Shown here one piece after another: positions 30,605 through 38,868 of a stretch of 64,000 bases of DNA (its first letter is position 1; every line of letters starts with the position of its first letter). Origin of the DNA: an uncultured Novosphingobium sp. (GTDB taxonomy: Bacteria > Pseudomonadota > Alphaproteobacteria > Sphingomonadales > Sphingomonadaceae); assembly GCA_964550775.1 (NCBI GenBank), contig CAZKAX010000003.1:1740-65739 (forward strand). Direction: 5' to 3'. The notes under the pieces were generated by a model. It was not told the origin of the DNA. It did not search any database and saw only the letters and a list, made by a program, of their open reading frames with translations. The position numbers were made by a program, and so were the translations under genes.

Positions 30605-30994
30605 TCAGGCGAGCGTCAGGAAAATTTCGGCCTCAATGACCCAGTCCCCACCGATTTTGCGCCATTTTGTCGAGTAGTCACCGGAAGCGTGGAACTCGCT
30701 GTTGACGCTGGACGAGCCTTGCCACTTGCCGTGTTCAAGCGCGATGGGCTCGATTGGTGAGGTAACGATCGCATCCGGCAGGCGGAGATACACAACGCGA
30801 GGGTTTGCCGCGAATTCGCGCTTCCATGCCTGCAGTTGCGCCTTGCGGCCGGTGATGACGGCGCTGTCCGTGCCAGCGACCAACACGGCATTCGGCGCAA
30901 GGACGGGTGCAATGGCGGCAAGGTCAGCTTCGGCGAGCGCGCGGTTAAAGGCCGCGCGGCGCAGGCGAATGGAAAGTTCGGTCGAACAAGTCAC
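30605..30994 (-). CDS. NTF2-like (DUF4440/SnoaL-type) protein
   Basis: FNRALAEADLAAIA...ITGRKAQL...GDYSTKWRK...WVI pattern; 129 aa. Confidence 0.75.
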   Translation of the reverse strand: MTCSTELSIRLRRAAFNRALAEADLAAIAPVLAPNAVLVAGTDSAVITGRKAQLQAWKREFAANPRVVYLRLPDAIVTSPIEPIALEHGKWQGSSSVNSEFHASGDYSTKWRKIGGDWVIEAEIFLTLA

Positions 30995-31288
30995 GACCGT
31001 CCATCGCCAGATCGGGAGGCTATCGTCAATGGGGCAACCCGAGGCGATATGAAGATTGCTTGCGTCCCAAAATTGACATTTGTTTCACCGGAACAGCGGC
31101 TCTCGTGGCGACCGCTGTCATTGTCGCAGCGCGGCTCGTGCTGGTTTGGCTGACCGACGTCCGCCGACCGCTTTCGGTACCAGGTTCCGGTTCTCCGCTA
31201 TCGGGAATTTGCCCGAACGGGCCCCGAGCCGCGGTCTCATGAATAAGCCGGGCTAACGGTCTAACCCTCTCTGATACCGCCCTTCCGC

Positions 31289-33019
31289 TCATCCCACCAG
31301 CGCCGCTGCGTCGAGGGCGTAGAGCAAGTCGGAACCGGCCAGGGCAGCGGCCTTCAGGCCCTGCGCTTCGGGCACGATATGCTCGATGAAATAGCGCGCA
31401 ATGACCGGCTTGGTGACGGCGAGGGCCCCTTCCGCCGCATCGACCTGCCGCAGCAGCTGCCACCCGGCAACCGCGACCGAGCACATCGTGCAGAACGGGA
31501 CGCTGCCGGCCAGCTTGTCGTCCAGGCTGGCATCGCTGGCCATCCAGCGCTCCACGGCGATGCAGTCCTCGGCCAGCGCCTTCAGCGCCGGGGCGCGCTC
31601 ACCCGCTCCGGCCGCGACATCGGCCAGCAGGGCGTTCAGCACATCGCCGCCCTCGTAGCCCAGCTTGCGGGTGACGAGGTCGGCGGCCTGAATGCCGTTG
31701 GTGCCTTCATAAATCGGGGTGATGCGGGCATCGCGGTAATGCTGGGCCGCGCCAGTTTCCTCGACAAAGCCCATGCCGCCGTGGATCTGCACACCCAGGC
31801 TGGCCACTTCGCAGCCGATGTCGGTGCCCCAGGCCTTGATCATCGGCACCAGACAGTCGGCCCGCGCCTGCGCGCCGGGCAGGCCCAGCGTTCCGCGATC
31901 GACCTGGCCGGCGGTGTAGTACAGCAGCGCCCGCGCGCCTTCGGTCAGCGCGCGCATCCGCAGCAGCATGCGCCGCACGTCGGGATGCTCGACAATCGCG
32001 ACCGGCGCCTTGCTGGCCGAGCCGGCCCGCGCCGACTGGACGCGTTCGCGCCCATAGTACTGCGCCTGTTGCAGCGCCCGTTCGGCGATCTGCACGCCCT
32101 GGTTGCCAACGTTGATCCGGGCGGAGTTCATCATCGTGAACATTGCCTTCAGCCCGCCGTTCTCGTGCCCGACCAGTTCGCCGATGCACTCGTCATTGTC
32201 GCCAAAGCTCATCACGCAGGTGGGCGATGCGTTAATGCCCAGCTTGTGCTCGATGGACACGCAGCGCACGTCGTTGCGGCCGCCCAGCGTGCCATCGGCG
32301 GCAACGTGGAACTTCGGCACGATGAACAGCGAGATGCCCCGGCTGCCCTCCGGCGCGCCCGGCGTGCGGGCCAGCACCAGGTGGACGATATTACCCGCCA
32401 GGTCATGCTCACCCCAGGTGATATAGATCTTGGTGCCCTTGATCCGGTAACGCCCCGCATGTTCACCTTCGGTAATGGGGGTGGCGGTAGTGCGCAGTGC
32501 GCCAACGTCCGATCCGGCCTGCGGTTCGGTCAGGTTCATCGTGCCGGACCATTCACCGCTGATCAGCTTTTGCAGGTAGAGCGCCTTTTGCGCCGCGCTG
32601 CCGTGGTGGGTCAGCGCCTCGATCGCGCCGACGGTGAGCATCGGCAGCAGGCCGAACGCCATGTTGGCCGCGCCCAGGTTCTCGATCACGTTGGCCGACA
32701 GGGTAAAGGGCAGGCCCTGACCGCCGAATTCGGCATCGCCGGAAATGGCGTTCCAGCCCTGCTCGACATAGCCGCGATAGGCTTCGGCAAAGCCGGCCGG
32801 TAACGTGACGGTGCCATTGGCCAGCACTGCGCCCTCGACATCGCCCACGCGGTTGAGCGGTGCCCACTCCCCGGCCGCGAATGCGCCGATTCCCTGGGCA
32901 ATGGCTTCGACCACGTCGGGGCTGGCGGCGGCAAAGCGTTCATGAGCAGCGATCTCGTCGATCCCGGCGTTGACCTTGATCGCCAGAACCTGTTCGGCGG
33001 TGGGAACAGTGAATTCCAT
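31289..33019 (-). CDS. Acyl-CoA dehydrogenase (long, DmdC/FadE-like subfamily)
   Basis: GTMNLTEPQAGSD, GTKIYIT, EHKLGI, QIHGGMGF and IYEGTNGIQ motifs. Confidence 0.93.
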   Translation of the reverse strand: MEFTVPTAEQVLAIKVNAGIDEIAAHERFAAASPDVVEAIAQGIGAFAAGEWAPLNRVGDVEGAVLANGTVTLPAGFAEAYRGYVEQGWNAISGDAEFGGQGLPFTLSANVIENLGAANMAFGLLPMLTVGAIEALTHHGSAAQKALYLQKLISGEWSGTMNLTEPQAGSDVGALRTTATPITEGEHAGRYRIKGTKIYITWGEHDLAGNIVHLVLARTPGAPEGSRGISLFIVPKFHVAADGTLGGRNDVRCVSIEHKLGINASPTCVMSFGDNDECIGELVGHENGGLKAMFTMMNSARINVGNQGVQIAERALQQAQYYGRERVQSARAGSASKAPVAIVEHPDVRRMLLRMRALTEGARALLYYTAGQVDRGTLGLPGAQARADCLVPMIKAWGTDIGCEVASLGVQIHGGMGFVEETGAAQHYRDARITPIYEGTNGIQAADLVTRKLGYEGGDVLNALLADVAAGAGERAPALKALAEDCIAVERWMASDASLDDKLAGSVPFCTMCSVAVAGWQLLRQVDAAEGALAVTKPVIARYFIEHIVPEAQGLKAAALAGSDLLYALDAAALVG

Positions 33020-33120
33020 GATCTCTTTCGGGCAGGACAAATCGAATGGGCCTCGATATTTCGCGGCCTTGTTCGGATTTACGCGTGATTATGTCGCATA
33101 ACACTAAATGTGTACAGGGC

Positions 33121-33142
33121 GTCCGACCAGTTACGGTCGGAC
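33121..33142. terminator. Stem-loop GTCCGACC-N6-GGTCGGAC downstream of the TBDR-led operon
   Basis: Perfect 8-bp stem in the intergenic region; no strong U-tract. Confidence 0.4.
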
Positions 33143-33169
33143 ACCCGGTTTAACAGCATTGCGACACTG

Positions 33170-33532
33170 TCAGTTTTTGATCAATTCCTCGCAGATGCTT
33201 TCAATCGGCGGCTCGTTCTCGGTCAATGCCTCCATCGCCTGCATCGGCCCGCGCATGACGCGCAGAATATACTCCCGGGTCATGTCGCTGCGTTCCGCGG
33301 CAGCATCCCCGGTCGGCACGTAAGCCTCAATGTCAGCGAGTGAAAGCGTGCCATTGGCAGCGAGCAGGCGCTCCACCGTGTCGAGCCGCTGGCGCATGAC
33401 GGACACTTCGCCAACCAGCGCAAGCAAGATCGAATAGATCTCCTCGTTCTGGGGATCGGCAAAATAGGCTGGGCGCTTACCCTTGGGCTTGCGGTTGGCT
33501 AGGACCATCCAGTCCAGATTTGCTTCGGTCAT
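33170..33532 (-). CDS. Conserved-looking hypothetical protein coupled to the methyltransferase
   Basis: 120 aa helical protein (KGKRPAYF...LALVGEVSVMRQRLDTVERLL); ATGA overlap with the upstream gene. Confidence 0.75.
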   Translation of the reverse strand: MTEANLDWMVLANRKPKGKRPAYFADPQNEEIYSILLALVGEVSVMRQRLDTVERLLAANGTLSLADIEAYVPTGDAAAERSDMTREYILRVMRGPMQAMEALTENEPPIESICEELIKN

Positions 33533-34743
33533 TTCGGTGCACCTCCCTTCCAGGCACCATAGGCGTGCCAGGCCGCAGCCCGGCCGTGGTCCTCGGTTTC
33601 GTCGGTGGCAGCTTCGGGGAAGATCGCCCGGTCTGCCACGGCCTTGACGGCAGCCACAAACAGATCATCCTTGCCAAAACCGGCGTCGACCATCTGCTGC
33701 TTCAGATCCAGGCCGTGCATGGCAGACCAGAACGGTTCATTGTTGTTGAACGCATCCCAATCACGGATGAACTGCTCGTAAAGCGGCATTTCCGGGGAGT
33801 ATTGTGGCTGCTCAACGTGGAGCATCAGCCCGTGCGGCGCCAACACCCTGAAGCCTTCGCGAATGATCCTGGGCAGCGCCTTCCCGCTCAGTTCATGCAG
33901 GAACATCGTCGTCTGCACCCAGTCGAAATGGCCATCGCTCCACCGCGAGAGGTCTTCGCCATTATGCTGGATAAAGGTGATGTTCTTGGCCCCCAGGGCC
34001 TTTGCGCGAGCGTGGCCATAGCGCAGCGAGGCCGCGGCCGTGTCGATCGCTATAAATTCGGTTTCCGGAAACGCGAGCGCCAGCGGAACGACGTTGTGGC
34101 CAATAGTGCAGCCGATATCCAGAACGCGGCGCGGCTTCCAGTTGGGATAGTTCCGCCGCAGCCATTCCACTACGGCCTGCCCGCCGCCATCAGAGAGCCC
34201 GCCCAGCGCGCCCGCAGTCGTCGCAAAAATCCCGCAATCGTAGTTAGCACCGGCCGAAACGTCGCCCGGACGCTCTTCACCATGGTAACAGCCCGGCATG
34301 CAGTGAATATCCACTGCCGATTGATACCGGGGCACTTCGACAGTCGGGTCGAGCTGCAAATTCGGACTGTCAGCGTTCAGATCCCTTGCCCGCGCGTCAA
34401 GCTCGTCGATCTGGCGAAGCACCACCGCGCGTCCGTTCTGCTGCCGCATTTCCATCGTGTTGCGCTTGGAAGCGGACCACAACTGATGGAAGGGATCGCG
34501 GTTCATGGCATGGCGGATTTCGAACCGGTCCTTGGGATCGCGCCCCACGTTCTTGCGAAATTCCGGGAGAACGCGGCGCTCATAAACCAATTTATTCCCA
34601 GGACCCATGGCCGAGGAAAGAAATTTATTCATGTGCGTTATGAAATCAAATCGTGCAGCTTCATCTAGCGTGCTTTCCGGAAACATTTTATGGCGCGTTA
34701 CGGCGCGATAAGGCGGAACTTTATGCCCTGCGGTCTTATTCAT
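33529..34743 (-). CDS. Class I SAM-dependent methyltransferase-fold protein with a long N-terminal domain
   Basis: RVLDIGCTIG, IAIDT, FDWV..TMFLHE and FRVLAPHG motifs. Confidence 0.85.
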   Translation of the reverse strand: MNKTAGHKVPPYRAVTRHKMFPESTLDEAARFDFITHMNKFLSSAMGPGNKLVYERRVLPEFRKNVGRDPKDRFEIRHAMNRDPFHQLWSASKRNTMEMRQQNGRAVVLRQIDELDARARDLNADSPNLQLDPTVEVPRYQSAVDIHCMPGCYHGEERPGDVSAGANYDCGIFATTAGALGGLSDGGGQAVVEWLRRNYPNWKPRRVLDIGCTIGHNVVPLALAFPETEFIAIDTAAASLRYGHARAKALGAKNITFIQHNGEDLSRWSDGHFDWVQTTMFLHELSGKALPRIIREGFRVLAPHGLMLHVEQPQYSPEMPLYEQFIRDWDAFNNNEPFWSAMHGLDLKQQMVDAGFGKDDLFVAAVKAVADRAIFPEAATDETEDHGRAAAWHAYGAWKGGAPK

Positions 34744-35894
34744 ACGACCCCTTCCTTGATCATATTGTTGATCGATTCTTCCTGAATCCGCTGAAAGAAT
34801 TGCCTGTCGGGAATTACTATTTCGTTGTTCTGGATCAAACTGTCAGCGGGATGGGGCGATTTCCCTGCATAAACAGCGGCAAAAAGCTCCAGTCGCTGGC
34901 GCGCCAGAAAATTCGTCATCGCCGGCTTACGCCGTGCCGCGCGCAGCGCGCCAAGATCGATTTCGGCAAAGGCGGTAAAGGTTTCGCGCGAATTTGATTC
35001 CGCCAGAACCCGGCCCTTGAAATCCACCACCATGCTGTTCCCGTCGCCCGATGCCACGGGCAGGCTAGACAGTTCGATGCCGGCGGTGTTGCTGGAAACG
35101 ACGTAAGCCATGTTTTCCTGCGCGCGGGCGCGCTTCGCAATGGCTTTAGGCGTATCGATGGGAGAGCCGATCTCCGACGAACTGTGCACAAAGATCTCGG
35201 CTCCGCGCAAGGCCATGGCGCGCGCGATTTCCGGGTACAGGATCTCTTCCGACGCGATTGCCGCCAAATTGCCGATTTCGGTGCGGGCAACCGGGAACAC
35301 GCCGTCGATTCCATAGATGTCGAGATACTTCGACCAGACATCATGGGGCGTCGGCGCGAACATCGAATTGAGCCGCCGATAGCGCAGCACCACGTCACCA
35401 GAGGGATCGATGACAAAGCTTGTCTGGAAGTAGAGTCCCGGAAAGTGCCGGTCGACTTCATAGGCGTTGCCGGCAATGAACATTCCAAGGCGCTGGGCCA
35501 TCGCCCCCATCGCTTCGTATTCAGGCCCGTCAATCTCCAGCGCGGCCAGGTCTGCAAAATCGGGGATCGATATCCGTCCCGGATAACTGGTCAGCACATA
35601 TTCCGGCAGAACCGCCAGCTTGACCGGAGAACCGGCATATTGCTGGATGAAAATGCTGGCCGAGCGAATCTTCGGCTCCATCGATGCAATGGTCCCAAGC
35701 ATCTGCTGGCGCGCGGCTGCCTTATCGGGCGCTCGTTCGACCGATTGGGCGGCCAACTGCATCGCCACTGCTGCATAGGTTTTTTCGTCAGCCATTTTCC
35801 GTTGCTTTCGTTCGCTGGCAAATGCCGGCGCAATCCCATCGATCATCATTCCGGAGGTCGCACCCGCCAGAAAATGCCTGCGCGCGACCTCCAT
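34740..35894 (-). CDS. Carbon-nitrogen hydrolase (nitrilase-fold) protein with Tat-like signal and atypical triad
   Basis: AGGAGA RBS; ARRHFL signal; VLPEY, YRRLN and GNLAAIASEEILYPE...GAEI motifs. Confidence 0.85.
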   Translation of the reverse strand: MEVARRHFLAGATSGMMIDGIAPAFASERKQRKMADEKTYAAVAMQLAAQSVERAPDKAAARQQMLGTIASMEPKIRSASIFIQQYAGSPVKLAVLPEYVLTSYPGRISIPDFADLAALEIDGPEYEAMGAMAQRLGMFIAGNAYEVDRHFPGLYFQTSFVIDPSGDVVLRYRRLNSMFAPTPHDVWSKYLDIYGIDGVFPVARTEIGNLAAIASEEILYPEIARAMALRGAEIFVHSSSEIGSPIDTPKAIAKRARAQENMAYVVSSNTAGIELSSLPVASGDGNSMVVDFKGRVLAESNSRETFTAFAEIDLGALRAARRKPAMTNFLARQRLELFAAVYAGKSPHPADSLIQNNEIVIPDRQFFQRIQEESINNMIKEGVV

Positions 35895-35904
35895 TTGCGT
35901 TCTC

Positions 35905-37455
35905 CTAAAGTCCCAGAGAGCCGGGATTCATGATGCCACGCGGATCGACCGCAGCCTTGAGAGCGACAAGCAATGCATCCGCAGCCGGAGCCAGGCTGTC
36001 GCGATAACGATAGGTCCGTCCGATCTGGAAATGCGCAGCATTGTGCGCAAAGAAGACATCAACAATCGCGCACTTCATTTCCTGCACGAACGCCCAGATT
36101 TCCGGATCATGGGGGTAACTTTCCAGCTTCTTGAGGTGGGCCGGTTCAACCGTGTTGTTGATCAGCGGATTTCGCGCATCGAACCAGTACAGGCACGGCT
36201 CGATCACTACACCCGATCCACCCACCGCGGCAATCAGCGTGCCGTGCGTAACGCCGAACCGTTCTATGCGGTCGGCGTTTGCATCGAACAGCTCGACCAC
36301 TGCCTTGTAGCAGGCCTGCGCACGGCTGTGCGGAACCAGCCCGTGGATTGGCGCCCAGCGTTCGCCCTGGGCGCCAAGCATCATGTTCAGCGGGCCGAAC
36401 GGGTTGGCGCGGATGATCTTGGGAATGGTGTTTTCCACTTCCGAACCGCCGTGCCGTGCCACGATCTCGCGCGCCTGGGCGATGTCGGCATCGGCTGCCT
36501 GCTGGATGCCGGCTTCGGCCAGAACGTGCATCGAGAAGCTGGCTTCATCGATGAAGCTGCGCCCTGCGGCCACCACTTTGACGCCTTCCTTCAGGGCCTT
36601 CAGGACCGAGCCCTGCTTCTTCATCATGCCGACCAGCTGCTTGGCATCGCTCGCCAGGCTATCGCGCTGCATCCGGATCGCGTTGAGGCGCGGATCGAAG
36701 CCGAAGCATTCAGTGGCGATTCCCGCGCGCTCGATCTCGCCCATTGCGGCCAGATATGCGTCCGCATCGGTGAAGGTAAAGCTGGCATAACCGTGGCAGC
36801 GCGCTTCGGGCACCATGCGCAGCGTGATCGTGGCCTTGATGCCCAGCGCGCCAGTATCGGCCAAGAACAGACCTGTCAGGTCAGGGCCGTAAGGGCGGGT
36901 GTGTTCGCTTCCGGTCTTGAGGACAGTGCCGTCTGCCAGTACGACTTCCATCGCCACGCAGCTTTGCGCGGCGGTGCCATAGCGGCCGGTGCCCCAGAAA
37001 ATCCCGTTCTGGCTCATCCCGCCGCCGACAGTGGCATGAATGCCCGACAACGTGCCCCAGAACGGAGTGCGCAGGCCAAGTGGACGCAAGGCTTCATGCA
37101 GTGCCGCCCACGTGCACCCGGCCTCCACCGTCACAGTCATGTCCGTTTCATTGATATCGAGAATGCGGTTCATAGTCGCCGTGTCGAACACGACTGCCCC
37201 CGGCTGGTCGACCGTATAGCCGCCGGTGTAGCTCATGCCGCCACCGCGCGGCACCACCACCAGCCTCCGATCGCTGGCCACCTTCACAGCTGCGGCAAGC
37301 GAGGCGGTGTCAGCCGGATGGACAACTGCGCAAAGATCAGCCCCGCGCGCGAAAATGTCGTGCGCGAACAGGTCCAGCGTGACCGGATCGTTCGATACAC
37401 GCGCACCGCCAGCCGCAAGGGCCTGGATCAGATCGAGTTCAGCAAGGGTGGTCAT
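35905..37455 (-). CDS. FAD-binding oxidoreductase (VAO/PCMH, FAD_binding_4 family)
   Basis: PRGGGMSYTGG, VEAG, ATVGG, G.LGI and DPRGIMNPG motifs. Confidence 0.9.
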   Translation of the reverse strand: MTTLAELDLIQALAAGGARVSNDPVTLDLFAHDIFARGADLCAVVHPADTASLAAAVKVASDRRLVVVPRGGGMSYTGGYTVDQPGAVVFDTATMNRILDINETDMTVTVEAGCTWAALHEALRPLGLRTPFWGTLSGIHATVGGGMSQNGIFWGTGRYGTAAQSCVAMEVVLADGTVLKTGSEHTRPYGPDLTGLFLADTGALGIKATITLRMVPEARCHGYASFTFTDADAYLAAMGEIERAGIATECFGFDPRLNAIRMQRDSLASDAKQLVGMMKKQGSVLKALKEGVKVVAAGRSFIDEASFSMHVLAEAGIQQAADADIAQAREIVARHGGSEVENTIPKIIRANPFGPLNMMLGAQGERWAPIHGLVPHSRAQACYKAVVELFDANADRIERFGVTHGTLIAAVGGSGVVIEPCLYWFDARNPLINNTVEPAHLKKLESYPHDPEIWAFVQEMKCAIVDVFFAHNAAHFQIGRTYRYRDSLAPAADALLVALKAAVDPRGIMNPGSLGL

Positions 37456-37485
37456 GATATTTCCTTAGAAAGCCTGGAATGGGAT

Positions 37486-38781
37486 TTAAGCTGCAGTGCC
37501 GGTAGCGCGTGCGGCATCGTCATCGAACGAGCTTGGGTAACGCCCCAGCAGCAGCAACATTGCCCCGCCGCCGATGAAACCGAACATCGCCACAAGCAGC
37601 ACCGGATCATAAGAGCCCGTCACATCGCGAACGTAGGCATACAGAATAGATGAAAGCGCCGACGCAATCCCGAACGGCATGTACAGCATGCCGTAGATCT
37701 TGCCGTAATGCGCCATCCCGTAATAGCGCCCCGCCAGATAGGCGATCAGGTCCGCTTCCGCGCCGGCGGCAAAGCCAAGAAAAAATGCGGCCACCGCGGC
37801 GAGCGTAAAGGTGACATCGCCGCCAAGCAGAATGAGGCAAGTGATCGCCGGCAGGCACAGCAGGGGAAACGCCACAAAGCCCTGCCAGAAACGGTCGAGC
37901 AGCGCGCCAGTGATGACCCGGCCGGCAAAGATCCCGATGCCGAGCACGCCCATGATGCTGGCTGCCGATTGGGCGCTGATCCCGTCATCCATCAGGATTG
38001 CGGGCATGTTAATAAAAGCGCCGGAATAGCATCCTGCGACGATGCTGATCGAGATCCACATGACGTAGAAGCGGTAACCCCGCATCGCCCTGCCAAGGGT
38101 CACGCCCGTCAGCCGTCCATCGCTGTCACAGAGCGCCTGGGGCCGTTCCTCTGGCCGAGGTTCGCGAAAGAACAGCCACGCCACCGGCAGTGCAACCAGC
38201 AGCGGTAACAGCGCCATCCCCGCAAACATCGTGCGCCACCCAAACTGAGCGATGCTCCACACGGCCAGTTTTGGCACGAACAGGGCCGCCAGGCTGGTGC
38301 CCATCAGAAGAATGCCAAGGGCCAGCCCGCGATGACGGAAAAACCACAAGTTCACGGCCCTGCTCCATGTCACTGGGGTCGAGCCAATACCCACCAAGCC
38401 GATCACGACCCAAAGACCATAATAGAAATACAGTGTGGCCGAAGTGTTCGCGGTGGGCGTCAGCGCGACCGCGGCGAGGGCCAGGGCGAACCCGAATACC
38501 GAACCGAGCGCAACCTTGCGCACGCCGTAACGATCCGCGAGCCAGCCGAACACAGGGGCCATGAGCGAGGCGATCAGGCCATAGATCGTGGCCGGGAGAA
38601 TGATTTCAGTCCGGCTCCAGCCGAACTCCGCCGACAGCGGTTCGACCGTGAAACCGATGAGATTGAATGGAATGGGAGATGCGCCGCAGGTTACACCAAT
38701 CATGCCAGCCAACAGCACTTTCCAGCCGTTTGCGAATTCTCGGTCGGCTGACCCGCTGGCTGCTTGCGGTAATGCTGTCAT
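37486..38781 (-). CDS. MFS transporter
   Basis: About 12 TM segments; GWLADRYGVRKV motif A and GALLDRF. Confidence 0.92.
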   Translation of the reverse strand: MTALPQAASGSADREFANGWKVLLAGMIGVTCGASPIPFNLIGFTVEPLSAEFGWSRTEIILPATIYGLIASLMAPVFGWLADRYGVRKVALGSVFGFALALAAVALTPTANTSATLYFYYGLWVVIGLVGIGSTPVTWSRAVNLWFFRHRGLALGILLMGTSLAALFVPKLAVWSIAQFGWRTMFAGMALLPLLVALPVAWLFFREPRPEERPQALCDSDGRLTGVTLGRAMRGYRFYVMWISISIVAGCYSGAFINMPAILMDDGISAQSAASIMGVLGIGIFAGRVITGALLDRFWQGFVAFPLLCLPAITCLILLGGDVTFTLAAVAAFFLGFAAGAEADLIAYLAGRYYGMAHYGKIYGMLYMPFGIASALSSILYAYVRDVTGSYDPVLLVAMFGFIGGGAMLLLLGRYPSSFDDDAARATGTAA

Positions 38782-38809
38782 CTGCGAAGTTCCATCCGTC
38801 GTTCAAGAT

Positions 38810-38844
38810 GGATCGGGGAAGCGGCCAAACCGCGCCCCCGATCC
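38810..38844. terminator. Stem-loop between the TBDR and MFS genes
   Basis: GGATCGGGG..GCGG-CCAAA-CCGC..CCCCGATCC; a partial terminator or mRNA stabiliser. Confidence 0.45.
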
Positions 38845-38868
38845 TGTTTCAAGTCAGATTCGCATCAA

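Noticed and set aside
30995..31288. Short ORFs and weak palindromes between the NTF2-like gene and the acyl-CoA dehydrogenase
   Set aside because: No convincing coding signal or repeat partner in the window; probably a junction scar.
31289..33019. Assignment as dmdC (DMSP demethylation pathway)
   Set aside because: This subfamily is widespread and no dmdA is present; the substrate cannot be fixed from sequence.
33029..33042. Possible fifth operator (ATTTGTCCTGCCCG on the minus strand) before the acyl-CoA dehydrogenase
   Set aside because: Only a half-site matches; too weak to call.
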